DNA of 64,000 nucleotides, taken from an uncultured Bacteroidales bacterium. GTDB lineage: Bacteria; Bacteroidota; Bacteroidia; Bacteroidales; UBA4181. Below the pieces are notes generated by a model. The model worked only from the letters and a program-made list of their open reading frames with translations, ran no database searches and was not told the origin of the DNA. The DNA lies in NCBI GenBank assembly GCA_964349835.1, contig CAYGID010000001.1, positions 43,973 through 107,972 on the forward strand, written 5' to 3'. Position 1 is the stretch's first letter. Each line of letters starts with the position of its first letter. The translations under genes and the position numbers were made by a program. Below are positions 1 through 8,650 of this stretch, piece after piece.

Positions 1-174
1 ATCAAAAAGATTCTGCAGGAGTGCATTGAGGGCGAATCGAAAAAAAGGCCTCTCACCGACGAAAAACTGGCGGACATCCTCAAAGAGAAGGGTTATCTGA
101 TTGCCCGCCGTACCGTGGCCAAATATCGAGAACAGCTCAATATTCCAGTGGCTCGACTGCGCAAAGCGCTCTAG
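1..174 (+). CDS. rpoN: RNA polymerase sigma-54 factor RpoN, C-terminal fragment (5' end lies outside the window)
   Basis: Frame 1 is open from base 1 to TAG at 172-174. The translation ...GYLIARRTVAKYREQLNIPVARLRKAL contains the RpoN box ARRTVAKYR. Confidence 0.85.
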   Translation: MKKILQECIEGESKKRPLTDEKLADILKEKGYLIARRTVAKYREQLNIPVARLRKAL

Positions 175-240
175 AAAAGGGGCTAAAGGCGCCAGCCTTC
201 TCACGTTTACAACTAGTCATTGCCTTCTGCCCGTACACGC

Positions 241-840
241 TTACCGTGGAATATTGGCGCTGGCCGACAGAAAAGCGGCCAATCGCCTCACGGCTTGCCC
301 GCGATGGCTGATACGGTTCTTCTCCTCCATGCTCAACTCCGAAAAGTGCGAGGCAAACCCCTGCGGAACAAAAACAGGATCGTAGCCAAATCCCCCGGTG
401 CCCCGCGGGGCAAGGGCTATAGTACCCTCTACCTTACCCTCAAAAAACCAGTTCTGCCCCCCATTCACAAAAGCAATTACTGTTCTGAAACGGGCCGAAC
501 GATGCGAAACCCCCTCCAACTTCTGCAGCAACAGCGCTATATTGGCGGCGTCGCGCAACAGCGGATTACGCTCGCCCGAAAACCTGGCCGACCAAACCCC
601 GGGGGCTCCCCCGAGGGCATCCACTTCCAACCCGGAATCGTCGGCAAAACAAGGAATAGAAAAGTGCGAAGCGAGCGCCAAAGCCTTGGTCAACGCATTC
701 GCCTCAAAAGTGGTTCCCTCTTCGGGAATCTCGCGCAGGTAACCCACCGACTGCAGTGAGAGCAGCTCATAACCGGGACCCAGAATGCGCGCAACCTCCT
801 CCACTTTGTGAAGGTTTGCCGATGCAAAGAGCAATTTCAT
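241..840 (-). CDS. rdgB: Non-canonical purine NTP pyrophosphatase (RdgB/HAM1 family)
   Basis: 199-aa ORF with MKLLFASANLHKVEE..., FADDSGLEVDALGGAPGV and GFGYDPVF motifs typical of the Ham1/RdgB family. Confidence 0.9.
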   Translation of the reverse strand: MKLLFASANLHKVEEVARILGPGYELLSLQSVGYLREIPEEGTTFEANALTKALALASHFSIPCFADDSGLEVDALGGAPGVWSARFSGERNPLLRDAANIALLLQKLEGVSHRSARFRTVIAFVNGGQNWFFEGKVEGTIALAPRGTGGFGYDPVFVPQGFASHFSELSMEEKNRISHRGQAVRRLAAFLSASANIPR

Positions 841-872
841 ACTAAATAATTACTACCCATTGTCGGGTGCTG

Positions 873-880
873 CAAAGATA
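873..880 (-). promoter_or_regulatory. Bacteroidota-type -7 promoter box (TAtcTTTG) for rdgB
   Basis: The minus strand reads TATCTTTG 33 nt upstream of the rdgB ATG and matches the TAnnTTTG consensus. Confidence 0.5.
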
Positions 881-1035
881 ACGAAGCTCGGAAAACCCCC
901 AAATGGGAGGAGCCTTGATGCGACCCGATGCCACAACCGCCAATCGTCGCTACCGGCAATAGATGGCTGTAGGCAAAAGAGGTACTATTTACAAAAAATG
1001 ATACGGAAAGAGGGGCAACGAGGAGACATTTTTGT

Positions 1036-1043
1036 TACTTTTG
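1036..1043 (+). promoter_or_regulatory. -7 promoter box (TActTTTG) for ilvE
   Basis: TACTTTTG lies 17 nt upstream of the ATG at 1060. Confidence 0.5.
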
Positions 1044-1059
1044 CCCAAAACGCGTTAGA

Positions 1060-2079
1060 ATGGAAACAATCGACTGGGCAAATTTGTCGTTCGGGTATCG
1101 TAGAACCGACTACAACATCAGATGCTATTACCGAAACGGAGAGTGGGGACGACTTGAAATCTGTTCGTCCGAAACCCTTAACATCCACATGGCCGCCACC
1201 TGCCTCCACTACGGACAGGAGGCTTTCGAAGGGCTCAAAGCCTTTAGAGGCAAAGATGGAAAAATCAGGATATTCCGCTGCGACATGAATGCAAAACGGA
1301 TGATCCGTTCGGCCGAATATATCAGCATGAAAGCCCCCTCCGAAAAGCTCTTCATGGATGCGGTGTTGTCAGCAGTTAAACTGAATGAGCGGTTTGTGCC
1401 CCCTTATGGAACCGGTGCTTCGCTCTACATCAGACCTTTGCTCATTGGTTCGGGTCCGCAGGTCGGAGTAAAACCAGCCGACGAGTACACCTTTGTGGTA
1501 TTTGTAACCCCCGTTGGCCCCTACTTTAAAGAGGGTTTCAAACCGGTTGACGTAGTCATCGACCGCGATCACGACAGAGCCGCACCCCGAGGTACCGGCC
1601 ATATCAAAGTGGGTGGCAACTACGCAGCCAGTTTGGTTTCGGGCAAGCTTGCCCACGACCTGGGTTACTCCGCCGTGCTCTACCTCGATGCCGCCGAAAA
1701 GAAATATATCGACGAATGTGGGCCTGCCAACTTCTTTGGTATTCGCAACAACACCTACATAACTCCCGAATCGCATAGCATTCTGCCCTCCATCACCAAC
1801 GACAGCATCCGGATTCTTGCGCACGATATGGGCATGCAAGTTGAGTGCCGGCAGGTTCCCTACGAAGAACTCGCAACCTTCGAAGAGGCCGGCGAATGCG
1901 GCACAGCGGCGGTAATCACCCCCATCGACAAAATATTCGACCCGCATCTCGGCATCACTTACACCTTTTGTCCGAAGGGCGTTCCAGGGCCATGGAGCAC
2001 GAAGATCTACGAACGGCTCGTGGCAATCCAGACCGGCGAGGCCGAGGATCCCTATGGATGGAACACCTTTATTGAGTAA
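1060..2079 (+). CDS. ilvE: Branched-chain amino acid aminotransferase
   Basis: 339-aa ORF with class IV aminotransferase motifs YGQEAFEGLKAF and GTGHIKVGGNYAAS. Confidence 0.92.
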   Translation: METIDWANLSFGYRRTDYNIRCYYRNGEWGRLEICSSETLNIHMAATCLHYGQEAFEGLKAFRGKDGKIRIFRCDMNAKRMIRSAEYISMKAPSEKLFMDAVLSAVKLNERFVPPYGTGASLYIRPLLIGSGPQVGVKPADEYTFVVFVTPVGPYFKEGFKPVDVVIDRDHDRAAPRGTGHIKVGGNYAASLVSGKLAHDLGYSAVLYLDAAEKKYIDECGPANFFGIRNNTYITPESHSILPSITNDSIRILAHDMGMQVECRQVPYEELATFEEAGECGTAAVITPIDKIFDPHLGITYTFCPKGVPGPWSTKIYERLVAIQTGEAEDPYGWNTFIE

Positions 2080-2114
2080 CTTTAGATAACCGGGTTCTTC
2101 GTCCGGATCACACC

Positions 2115-2152
2115 AAAAAAAAGAGGCTGCCTTAACAGGGCAGCCTCTTTTT
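2115..2152. terminator. Bidirectional rho-independent terminator between convergent ilvE and metK
   Basis: Perfect 11-bp stem aagaggctgcc/ggcagcctctt with a 7-nt loop, flanked by an A-run on the left and a T-run on the right. Confidence 0.85.
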
Positions 2153-2170
2153 ATATACTGGAACTCATTT

Positions 2171-3433
2171 TCAGGCAAGCCCAAAGGCAGCCTTCAGTTG
2201 ATCTACATAATCGGTTTGTTCCCACGCAAAGAAGGTGACCTTCTTGCGCAGTTCCGAGCCATTGTACTGCAATACCACCTCTTTCTGGTAGGAGTCGCGA
2301 CCAAAATGGCCATATGAGGCCGTCTCAAGGAAGACCGGATATTTGAGCCCAAAACGCTTAATAATAGCATAGGGACGAAGATCGAAGAGCGCCTGCACCT
2401 TCTGAGCAATCTCGCCGTCGGACACCGACACCCTAGAGGTGCCATAGGTGTTCACATAAACACTTAAAGGGGCTGCAACCCCGATGGCATACGAGAGCTG
2501 AACCAGCACCTCGTCCGAAATCCCTGCGGCCACAAGGTTTTTGGCAATATGACGAGCCGCATAGGCAGCCGAGCGGTCGACCTTCGAAGCATCTTTGCCC
2601 GAAAAGGCGCCACCACCGTGTGCACCTTTACCGCCATAGGTATCCACAATAATCTTCCTGCCGGTAAGACCGGTGTCGCCGTGAGGTCCGCCAACGACAA
2701 ACTTGCCGGTAGGATTCACATGCAGAATATAGTTGGTGGAAAAAAGCGACTGTAAGCGCGCAGGCAGCTTGGAAACCACCGCGGGAATCAGATATTTTAT
2801 GACATCGGCCTTAATCTTGGCCAACATGGCCTCCTCTTGATCAAAGTCGTCGTGCTGAGTGGAGACCACCAGCGTATGAACCCGCACAGGCACATTCTTA
2901 TCGGAGTATTCGATGGTCACCTGCGACTTGGAATCGGGGCGCAGATAGGTCATCACCTCGCCCTTCCGTCGGATGTGGGACAACTCCTTCAGCAATGCAT
3001 GCGAAAGCATCAGCGGAAGAGGCATCAACTCATCGGTTTCGCGCGTGGCATAACCGAACATCATGCCTTGGTCGCCAGCACCCTGCTCTTCTTCGACAGC
3101 CCGCACAACCCCTTGGTTTATATCGGGCGACTGCTCATGAATGGCCGAAAGAACACCGCACGACTTGCTTTCGAACATATACTCGCCCCGCGTGTAACCA
3201 ATCGCCTCAATGACCCTGCGGGCCACCGACTGCACATCGACATAACCCGTGGTCTTCACCTCGCCGCTTAACACCACGAGACCCGTGGTAACCAGCGTTT
3301 CACAGGCAACTTTCGACTCCGGATCAACACGGAGAAACTCATCAAGCAAAGCATCGGAAATCTGATCGGCAACTTTATCGGGATGTCCCTCAGAGACAGA
3401 TTCGGACGTAAATAAATAAGCCATATAATGCAA
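2171..3433 (-). CDS. metK: S-adenosylmethionine synthetase
   Basis: 420-aa ORF with [27 protein letters not shown] and GGGAFSGKD motifs. Confidence 0.97.
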   Translation of the reverse strand: MHYMAYLFTSESVSEGHPDKVADQISDALLDEFLRVDPESKVACETLVTTGLVVLSGEVKTTGYVDVQSVARRVIEAIGYTRGEYMFESKSCGVLSAIHEQSPDINQGVVRAVEEEQGAGDQGMMFGYATRETDELMPLPLMLSHALLKELSHIRRKGEVMTYLRPDSKSQVTIEYSDKNVPVRVHTLVVSTQHDDFDQEEAMLAKIKADVIKYLIPAVVSKLPARLQSLFSTNYILHVNPTGKFVVGGPHGDTGLTGRKIIVDTYGGKGAHGGGAFSGKDASKVDRSAAYAARHIAKNLVAAGISDEVLVQLSYAIGVAAPLSVYVNTYGTSRVSVSDGEIAQKVQALFDLRPYAIIKRFGLKYPVFLETASYGHFGRDSYQKEVVLQYNGSELRKKVTFFAWEQTDYVDQLKAAFGLA

Positions 3434-3455
3434 AATAATCGTGAATTACAAAGCG

Positions 3456-3463
3456 CAAATATA
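3456..3463 (-). promoter_or_regulatory. -7 promoter box (TAtaTTTG) for metK
   Basis: The minus strand reads TATATTTG 23 nt upstream of the metK ATG. Confidence 0.5.
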
Positions 3464-3480
3464 ACGTCTTTTTTTATAGC

Positions 3481-4527
3481 TCACCGCTTACCCTTAAGAT
3501 AACACGCTGCTATGTGCGCAAGGGTATCATGGAGCGGGGTATAGCGCAGTGAGACGGCGGTTGTGACGGCCGAACCATCGTAGCTCGATATTCTGAAAGA
3601 GGAGCGGATTATATCGGGCGAGATTTTCAAAGCACGGCCAGTGAGCCACGTATAGCCATTTGCGGCAGCAATGCCCAAATTTGCCATCCAGGGCCGAAGC
3701 GCAAACGCGGGCGGTGAAACCCCCAGCGAAAGTGCAATGGCGCGGAACAACTCCTTGTAGAGCACATTGGCGCCCGACAAGATAAACCGACGGCCAAAGC
3801 AGTCGGCCCGACTCAGGGCTATCATGGCCTCGGCCACATCGCGCACATCGACCACGCTGGTACCTCCCGGAGGATAGGCCGGCAACCCCTTATAGATCGT
3901 CGGAAAAAAAGAGCCACTTCCCGAATCCCAAAAACCGGGACCTAGAACCACAGAGGGGTTTACCACCAGCACCTTCAGCCCGTCGGCAGCCGCCTTCCAC
4001 ACCGCCACTTCTGCAGCATGCTTGCTCTCGGCGTAATCGGAATGGTAACGGGCAGAATCCCATCCCATCGATTCGGTTGCCGTAACCCCCGGAGGAGAAT
4101 CGATCGTTGCCACCGAACTCACGTAGCAAAACTGCCCCACCCCGCTTTGGAGGGCTGCCTTGGCCAGCTCCGAAGTGACCTCCGCATTGTGCAGAAAGAG
4201 CGACTCACGCTGCCCAGGCAAAAACGAAACCATGCCGGCCACGTGAAATATCCTGTCGACCCCCCTGCATAACGCGGGGAGCGCCCCAAAACGGGTAAGA
4301 TCTGACTGCACCCACTCCACCCGGTCGAAGAGAGAATCGGCTTCAGGGTTGCCGCTAGCAAAAAGCGAACGAACCGCCTCGATCTTTTGGAGACTACGGT
4401 ATACCGCCTTTACCCGATAACCCTCCCGGAGAAGCGCCATCAACAGATGCGACCCCAGCAGACCCGTAGCACCGGTAACCAGACAAACCTCTTTTTGCAT
4501 GGAACCCCTATTCACGCTACTATCCAT
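3481..4527 (-). CDS. NAD-dependent epimerase/dehydratase family protein (extended SDR)
   Basis: 348 aa with N-terminal Rossmann motif VTGATGLLGSHL and catalytic YAESK (YxxxK). Confidence 0.8.
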   Translation of the reverse strand: MDSSVNRGSMQKEVCLVTGATGLLGSHLLMALLREGYRVKAVYRSLQKIEAVRSLFASGNPEADSLFDRVEWVQSDLTRFGALPALCRGVDRIFHVAGMVSFLPGQRESLFLHNAEVTSELAKAALQSGVGQFCYVSSVATIDSPPGVTATESMGWDSARYHSDYAESKHAAEVAVWKAAADGLKVLVVNPSVVLGPGFWDSGSGSFFPTIYKGLPAYPPGGTSVVDVRDVAEAMIALSRADCFGRRFILSGANVLYKELFRAIALSLGVSPPAFALRPWMANLGIAAANGYTWLTGRALKISPDIIRSSFRISSYDGSAVTTAVSLRYTPLHDTLAHIAACYLKGKR

Positions 4528-4673
4528 TACACTTCAAAATCAATAAATCGAACTACCAAAAATAGTCATTCGGCGCAAAAAGAGGATGCATTATTTTGTG
4601 GCCTGTTGGAAAAACAGAATTACGTTCGTATTTTTACGAACAAAACTGGTATGAACCAAACATGTAACGCCTT

Positions 4674-5129
4674 ATGAAAAGTTGGATTTCCATTAAGTCG
4701 GTAAAAATTGGATTGTTGGCCGTTGTGTTGATTTCGGGACTGTTTCTGCTATTCAACGGAACACTCACCGGAAAACAACAGACCCACAAGGAGGCGACCC
4801 CCGCCGGGGGAGTTGTAGCCATCGATTCGGTGACGGTGTACTACTTTCATGCTTCGCAGCGTTGCGTAACCTGTACGGCCGTTGAGGAGGTGACCCGCGA
4901 AGCGCTCAAAACTTACTTTGGCGAATCGGTTCCCTTTGTATCGATCGACGGCCAGAAGGATCGTCAAAATCCGCTTCTCAAAAAATTCCAGATTTCGGGT
5001 CAGACCTTACTGCTGGTGAAAGGCGATAAAGTGGCCAACCTCACTGCCGATGCCTTTTTGCTAGCCCGAACGGCCCCGCAAAAACTGAAAGGAAAAATTA
5101 AGAGCACCATAGAAGCGCTCGCAAAATAG
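4674..5129 (+). CDS. Membrane-anchored thioredoxin-fold-like protein with a CxxC motif (function unknown)
   Basis: 151 aa with an N-terminal hydrophobic helix (IGLLAVVLISGLFLLF), followed by VYYFHASQRCVTCTAVEE (CVTC). Confidence 0.55.
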   Translation: MKSWISIKSVKIGLLAVVLISGLFLLFNGTLTGKQQTHKEATPAGGVVAIDSVTVYYFHASQRCVTCTAVEEVTREALKTYFGESVPFVSIDGQKDRQNPLLKKFQISGQTLLLVKGDKVANLTADAFLLARTAPQKLKGKIKSTIEALAK

Positions 5130-5154
5130 GGATAGGGAAGGCACCGGGAGCGCG

Positions 5155-5189
5155 AAAAAAAATCGGGGTGGCTGTTAACCACCCCGATT
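5155..5189 (-). terminator. Rho-independent terminator downstream of tRNA-Ser (may also stop the + strand gene ending at 5129)
   Basis: Perfect 11-bp stem aatcggggtgg/ccaccccgatt (5161-5189) with a 7-nt loop. The adjacent A-run on the + strand gives a T-run after the hairpin on the - strand. Confidence 0.8.
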
Positions 5190-5196
5190 CGGCTTG

Positions 5197-5283
5197 CGGA
5201 AAGCGAGGGATTCGAACCCCCGGTACCCCGAAGGGTACAGCAGATTTCGAGTCTGCCCCATTCGACCACTCTGGCAGCTTTCC
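5197..5283 (-). tRNA. tRNA-Ser (anticodon CGA)
   Basis: The reverse complement GGAAAGC...GCAGA-CTCGAAA-TCTGC...GTACCC-TTCG-GGGTAC...GGGGGTTCGAATCCCTC-GCTTTCC-G folds as a cloverleaf. It has a long variable arm and a TTCGAAT T-loop. CCA is not encoded. Confidence 0.9.
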
Positions 5284-5297
5284 GTTTTTTGAGCCGA

Positions 5298-5305
5298 CAA
5301 ATGTA
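5298..5305 (-). promoter_or_regulatory. -7 promoter box (TAcaTTTG) for tRNA-Ser
   Basis: The minus strand reads TACATTTG 15 nt upstream of the tRNA 5' end. Confidence 0.5.
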
Positions 5306-5361
5306 CGCAAATTTTGCAATTGTCAAAATAGTGCGCCGCCTAAAAGGGAACTATGCTGCGA

Positions 5362-5772
5362 TCAGGCTTTCACCGTTGCAATGGCATCTACCAGCTTGTC
5401 GAGCCCCTCACGGATGGGCTTTTCGAGCATCATTTTGAGGGCAAAATTGAGTTCCGACTTTACCGTGAACTTCACGCAAGAGCTCTCAGGCGAAAGGGGT
5501 TTAATCTGAACCCAGAAAATGAAGGGGGTTCCCATCCCTTCGCCCTCCATTTTCACGGTCTCTGGTTGCCGTTCCACGATTTTGAGGGTAATCCGGGCCA
5601 TGCCACCCACCACACACGACAACTCATCGGGGGTGGCGCTCCATTCGCTTACTTTATCGGCCGGAAGGCGGTCGCGGAACTGATCGAGTTTTGACAAATC
5701 CGAAAAAAAGGCATATAATTTTTCGGCAGGAAGTTGCGTGGTTCCCACCTTGCTTTCAATTTTGGTTTCCAT
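5362..5772 (-). CDS. Small SRPBCC/polyketide-cyclase-like protein (hypothetical)
   Basis: 136 aa when started at the internal ATG (METKIESKVG...). The 160-aa reading in the track would run 89 nt into trmB. The family call rests only on size and secondary-structure pattern. Confidence 0.5.
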   Translation of the reverse strand: METKIESKVGTTQLPAEKLYAFFSDLSKLDQFRDRLPADKVSEWSATPDELSCVVGGMARITLKIVERQPETVKMEGEGMGTPFIFWVQIKPLSPESSCVKFTVKSELNFALKMMLEKPIREGLDKLVDAIATVKA

Positions 5773-6664
5773 TCTGATTGTTGTAAGGTTTGTTGAACAG
5801 GGAAGCCACATCAGACACTTCCTTGCTGCCGGATACCGCATCAAGGGTCGTATCAGCTCCGGATAGTGAATCCGAATCGCAGGATTCTTCGGCGCCGGGA
5901 ATCAAGACATTGTGTGGAGCGGCATCAGCGTCAGGGATAGAATCAGCGTCCGGGATGGAATCAGGATCCGGATCGAACAGAGGCTCCGCGCCGGTAAGCC
6001 GGAATTGCAGATAGGTTATGGCAAATCCCTTGCCCATGAATAAGGTTTCGTAGTGGGTTCTTATTGAGAGAATGTCGTCGGCCCGACCCGATCCGTAAAG
6101 GTCGTGGGTGGAATCGATACACTCAAGTCGATTCAGTTCAATCACCGAAAGGGTAAAATCGTAGAGCTGGCGGGAGTCGGTTTTCAGGTGAACCACCCCG
6201 TCGGGTTTCAGGAAGGCACGATAACGGGTCAGGAATCCGGCAGAGGTTAACCGCTTTTTAGCGCGGTTCCGTTTGGCCTGCGGATCGGGAAAAGTAATCC
6301 AGATTTCCGACACCTCTCCCGGCGCGAAAAAGGAGCCTATCAACTCGATGCGGGTACGGAGAAAGCCCACATTCTGCAATCCGCTCTGTAGTGCCTCGGA
6401 GGCCCCTTTCCATATGCGGGCGCCCTTGATGTCGACCCCCAAAAAATTCTTTTCGGGAAATCGTCTGGCGAGCCCCACAGAGTACTCGCCCTTACCGCAT
6501 CCCAGCTCTAGCACCAAGGGGCGGTCGTTCCCAAAAAATTGTTTCGACCACTTGCCGCGCAAAGAGTGCTCCGAACCATACAGTTCACTGAAAGGCGGCG
6601 CCTGTACCACATTCGCAAAGGTGGCCATTTCGGCAAATTTCTGCAGCTTATTTTTATTACTCAC
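5756..6664 (-). CDS. trmB: tRNA (guanine-N7)-methyltransferase TrmB with a 79-aa acidic C-terminal extension
   Basis: SAM-binding LELGCGKGEYSVGLA and IWITFPDPQ motifs lie in the first ~225 aa. The tail is DPDPDSIPDADSIPDADAAP...NNQNGNQN. Confidence 0.88.
   Translation of the reverse strand: MSNKNKLQKFAEMATFANVVQAPPFSELYGSEHSLRGKWSKQFFGNDRPLVLELGCGKGEYSVGLARRFPEKNFLGVDIKGARIWKGASEALQSGLQNVGFLRTRIELIGSFFAPGEVSEIWITFPDPQAKRNRAKKRLTSAGFLTRYRAFLKPDGVVHLKTDSRQLYDFTLSVIELNRLECIDSTHDLYGSGRADDILSIRTHYETLFMGKGFAITYLQFRLTGAEPLFDPDPDSIPDADSIPDADAAPHNVLIPGAEESCDSDSLSGADTTLDAVSGSKEVSDVASLFNKPYNNQNGNQN
5924..5977. repeat. 18-nt tandem repeat (2 good copies plus 1 degenerate) inside the trmB tail
   Basis: atcagcgtcagggataga / atcagcgtccgggatgga / atcaggatccggatcgaa; encodes DSIPDA x2 on the minus strand. 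Confidence 0.8.
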
Positions 6665-7157
6665 TTACCGAAGGGTTGGGTTGGGAGGTTTCTACCCGAA
6701 ACCCCACATTTACAATAGCAGGCAGCGCCTCAACGCGCATGGCCTGTTCCAGTTTAAACTGATAGACTCCGGGCAAAGGAAATTTCACACCCCGTTTATA
6801 GGGAATCCGGTACCAAAGGAGATCGCCCAGCCCCGATCCGTACCAGCGACCCTGCGAATCGGCCAAAACCAGTTCGAGTGTGTCGGTTGCTGTGCGACCG
6901 TCGGGGAGGTCGCTATGCAAAAAAAGAAAGAGATTAGAATAAGGGTAATCGCCTGTATGGCGTAGGTTTACATAGAAGTCGAATGACGAAACTGTATCGG
7001 TCACAGTCACCAAAAAAGGGTACTTCACCGCGCGGTGCCAGGAGCGACCCTGTACCGATACCGATTCGTCGAAAAACATAGTGCGGTCGCAACCGGCCCA
7101 CAAAAGGAGCAGGAGGGCCGTAACCACAAGACCAACCGACAACTTGCGACTCTTCAT
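6657..7157 (-). CDS. gldH: Gliding-motility lipoprotein GldH-like
   Basis: 166 aa with a lipoprotein signal ...LLLLLWAGC. The GDYPYSNLFLFL and GxW motifs resemble GldH, and the gene sits directly downstream of the PSP1 gene, as gldH typically does in Bacteroidota. Confidence 0.78.
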   Translation of the reverse strand: MKSRKLSVGLVVTALLLLLWAGCDRTMFFDESVSVQGRSWHRAVKYPFLVTVTDTVSSFDFYVNLRHTGDYPYSNLFLFLHSDLPDGRTATDTLELVLADSQGRWYGSGLGDLLWYRIPYKRGVKFPLPGVYQFKLEQAMRVEALPAIVNVGFRVETSQPNPSVSE

Positions 7158-7162
7158 ACGGG

Positions 7163-8566
7163 TCAGGAGTTATTCGAAGGCCCCCCCTTCGATCCGGGCC
7201 TGGGTGGCCGTTGATGACCTGAATGCGGTTTCCCCGGCATGCTTCTGCCGGTGTGGCGCGGATTCGGGTTATGGCGGGGCTCGCCCCCTCCGTCGCGCTT
7301 TGCAACCGGCTCCGTTGGGGCTTGCTTAGGCTGGGCCGACTGCTTCGGTTGCAACGATGGTTTCGGTTGTGCAGGTTGAGCCGGCTGTGCCGGCTGGCCA
7401 ACTATGCCCTCAGCCTCGACACTGGATCGGCTTTTCCCCTTCTTCTTTCGTTTTTTTCGTTTTGAGGCATCCTCAAAACGCGTAAGGCTCTCCTCGCCCA
7501 CCGAATTCTGATATTCTACAGAAGGTGCCGCAGCCGTTTCGACAACGGTACTCTCGAGCGCTTTAATTTTAATGCCCTTTTTGGCCAGTTGGGCCATCTC
7601 CTTAACCTTGTCGATCGATAAAACCACCAAGTCGGAGGGTCCGTTCTTCTCGTGCGAAAACCACATAAGGCGCCGGAAGATATCGGTTTTAAAATGGTAC
7701 ACCCATCCCTTTTCGGTATCGAAGGGTTTCGAAACATCGGGAAAATCTGCCTGGGCATCGAGATAGCTGTGAAGCTCGTAATTAAGGCAACATTTAAGTT
7801 TTCCGCACTGTCCGGCCAATTTTTGGGGATTAAGGGATACCTCCTGGTGTCGGGCGGCACCCGTAGTTACCGATACAAAATGGGTCATCCAGGTGGAGCA
7901 GCAGAGTTCGCGCCCGCACGATCCGATACCGCCCACCAGGCCGGCCTCCTGCCGCGATCCGATCTGCTTCATTTCGACCCGGATCCGGAACTCCTCGGCC
8001 AGCACTTTAATAAGTTCGCGGAAGTCGACCCGGTTTTCGGCTATATAGTAAAAAATGGCTTTCGATTTGTCGCCCTGATACTCTACGTCGCTGATCTTCA
8101 TGTCGAGGTTGAGCCGCTCGGCAATTTTTCGCGAGCGGAACATGGTATCCTCCTCTGCCTCGACGGCTTGCAGCCACTTTTCGAGGTCGCTCTGCCGGGC
8201 CTTTCTGAAAACCTTCTTCATTTCGGAGGGGTCGGTGTGACTCGACATCCGCTTGAGCTGGTAACGCACCACATCGCCCGAAAGCGAGACGATGCCCATA
8301 TCGTGCCCCGGACTGGCCTCCACGGCCACAAGGTCGCCTTTGCGCAGATTAAGTCCGTGCACATTATGGAAATAACCTTTGCGTGTATTTTTAAACCGAA
8401 CCTCCACTACATCGAAGGGTTTTCCGGCAGGGGGAACACCACCCAACCAGTCGAAGGTATCCATCCGCCCCGATTTGCATGGACAGTTGCATCGGCCGGG
8501 TATGGGTTCGGCACCATCGTCTAACGGATTGAATGCTCCCCGGTTATATGTTTTTTCACTATCCAT
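7163..8566 (-). CDS. PSP1 domain protein (RicT/YaaT-like) with a ~128-aa low-complexity C-terminal tail
   Basis: Cys-rich PSP1 core (GIGSCGRELCCSTW, GKLKCCLNYE). The tail contains KRKKRKKKGK, PAQPAQPAQPKP and a Pro/Arg/His/Gly-rich end. Confidence 0.85.
   Translation of the reverse strand: MDSEKTYNRGAFNPLDDGAEPIPGRCNCPCKSGRMDTFDWLGGVPPAGKPFDVVEVRFKNTRKGYFHNVHGLNLRKGDLVAVEASPGHDMGIVSLSGDVVRYQLKRMSSHTDPSEMKKVFRKARQSDLEKWLQAVEAEEDTMFRSRKIAERLNLDMKISDVEYQGDKSKAIFYYIAENRVDFRELIKVLAEEFRIRVEMKQIGSRQEAGLVGGIGSCGRELCCSTWMTHFVSVTTGAARHQEVSLNPQKLAGQCGKLKCCLNYELHSYLDAQADFPDVSKPFDTEKGWVYHFKTDIFRRLMWFSHEKNGPSDLVVLSIDKVKEMAQLAKKGIKIKALESTVVETAAAPSVEYQNSVGEESLTRFEDASKRKKRKKKGKSRSSVEAEGIVGQPAQPAQPAQPKPSLQPKQSAQPKQAPTEPVAKRDGGGEPRHNPNPRHTGRSMPGKPHSGHQRPPRPGSKGGPSNNS
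7365..7400. repeat. Degenerate 9-nt tandem repeat x4 in the PSP1 tail
   Basis: ggttgtgca ggttgagcc ggctgtgcc ggctggcca; encodes (PAQ)n on the minus strand. Confidence 0.75.
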
Positions 8567-8650
8567 AAGTTGGTTCTATCTCTTTGGCATTACCCTGCAT
8601 AGGGTAGAATAAACGTGCGAAATTACACAATCGAGCAATGAAAAGCAATA

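Noticed and set aside
3434-3480. Looked for a SAM riboswitch upstream of metK
   Set aside because: Only 47 nt separate metK from the upstream gene. A promoter box at 3456-3463 leaves a leader of about 20 nt, which is too short for any riboswitch.
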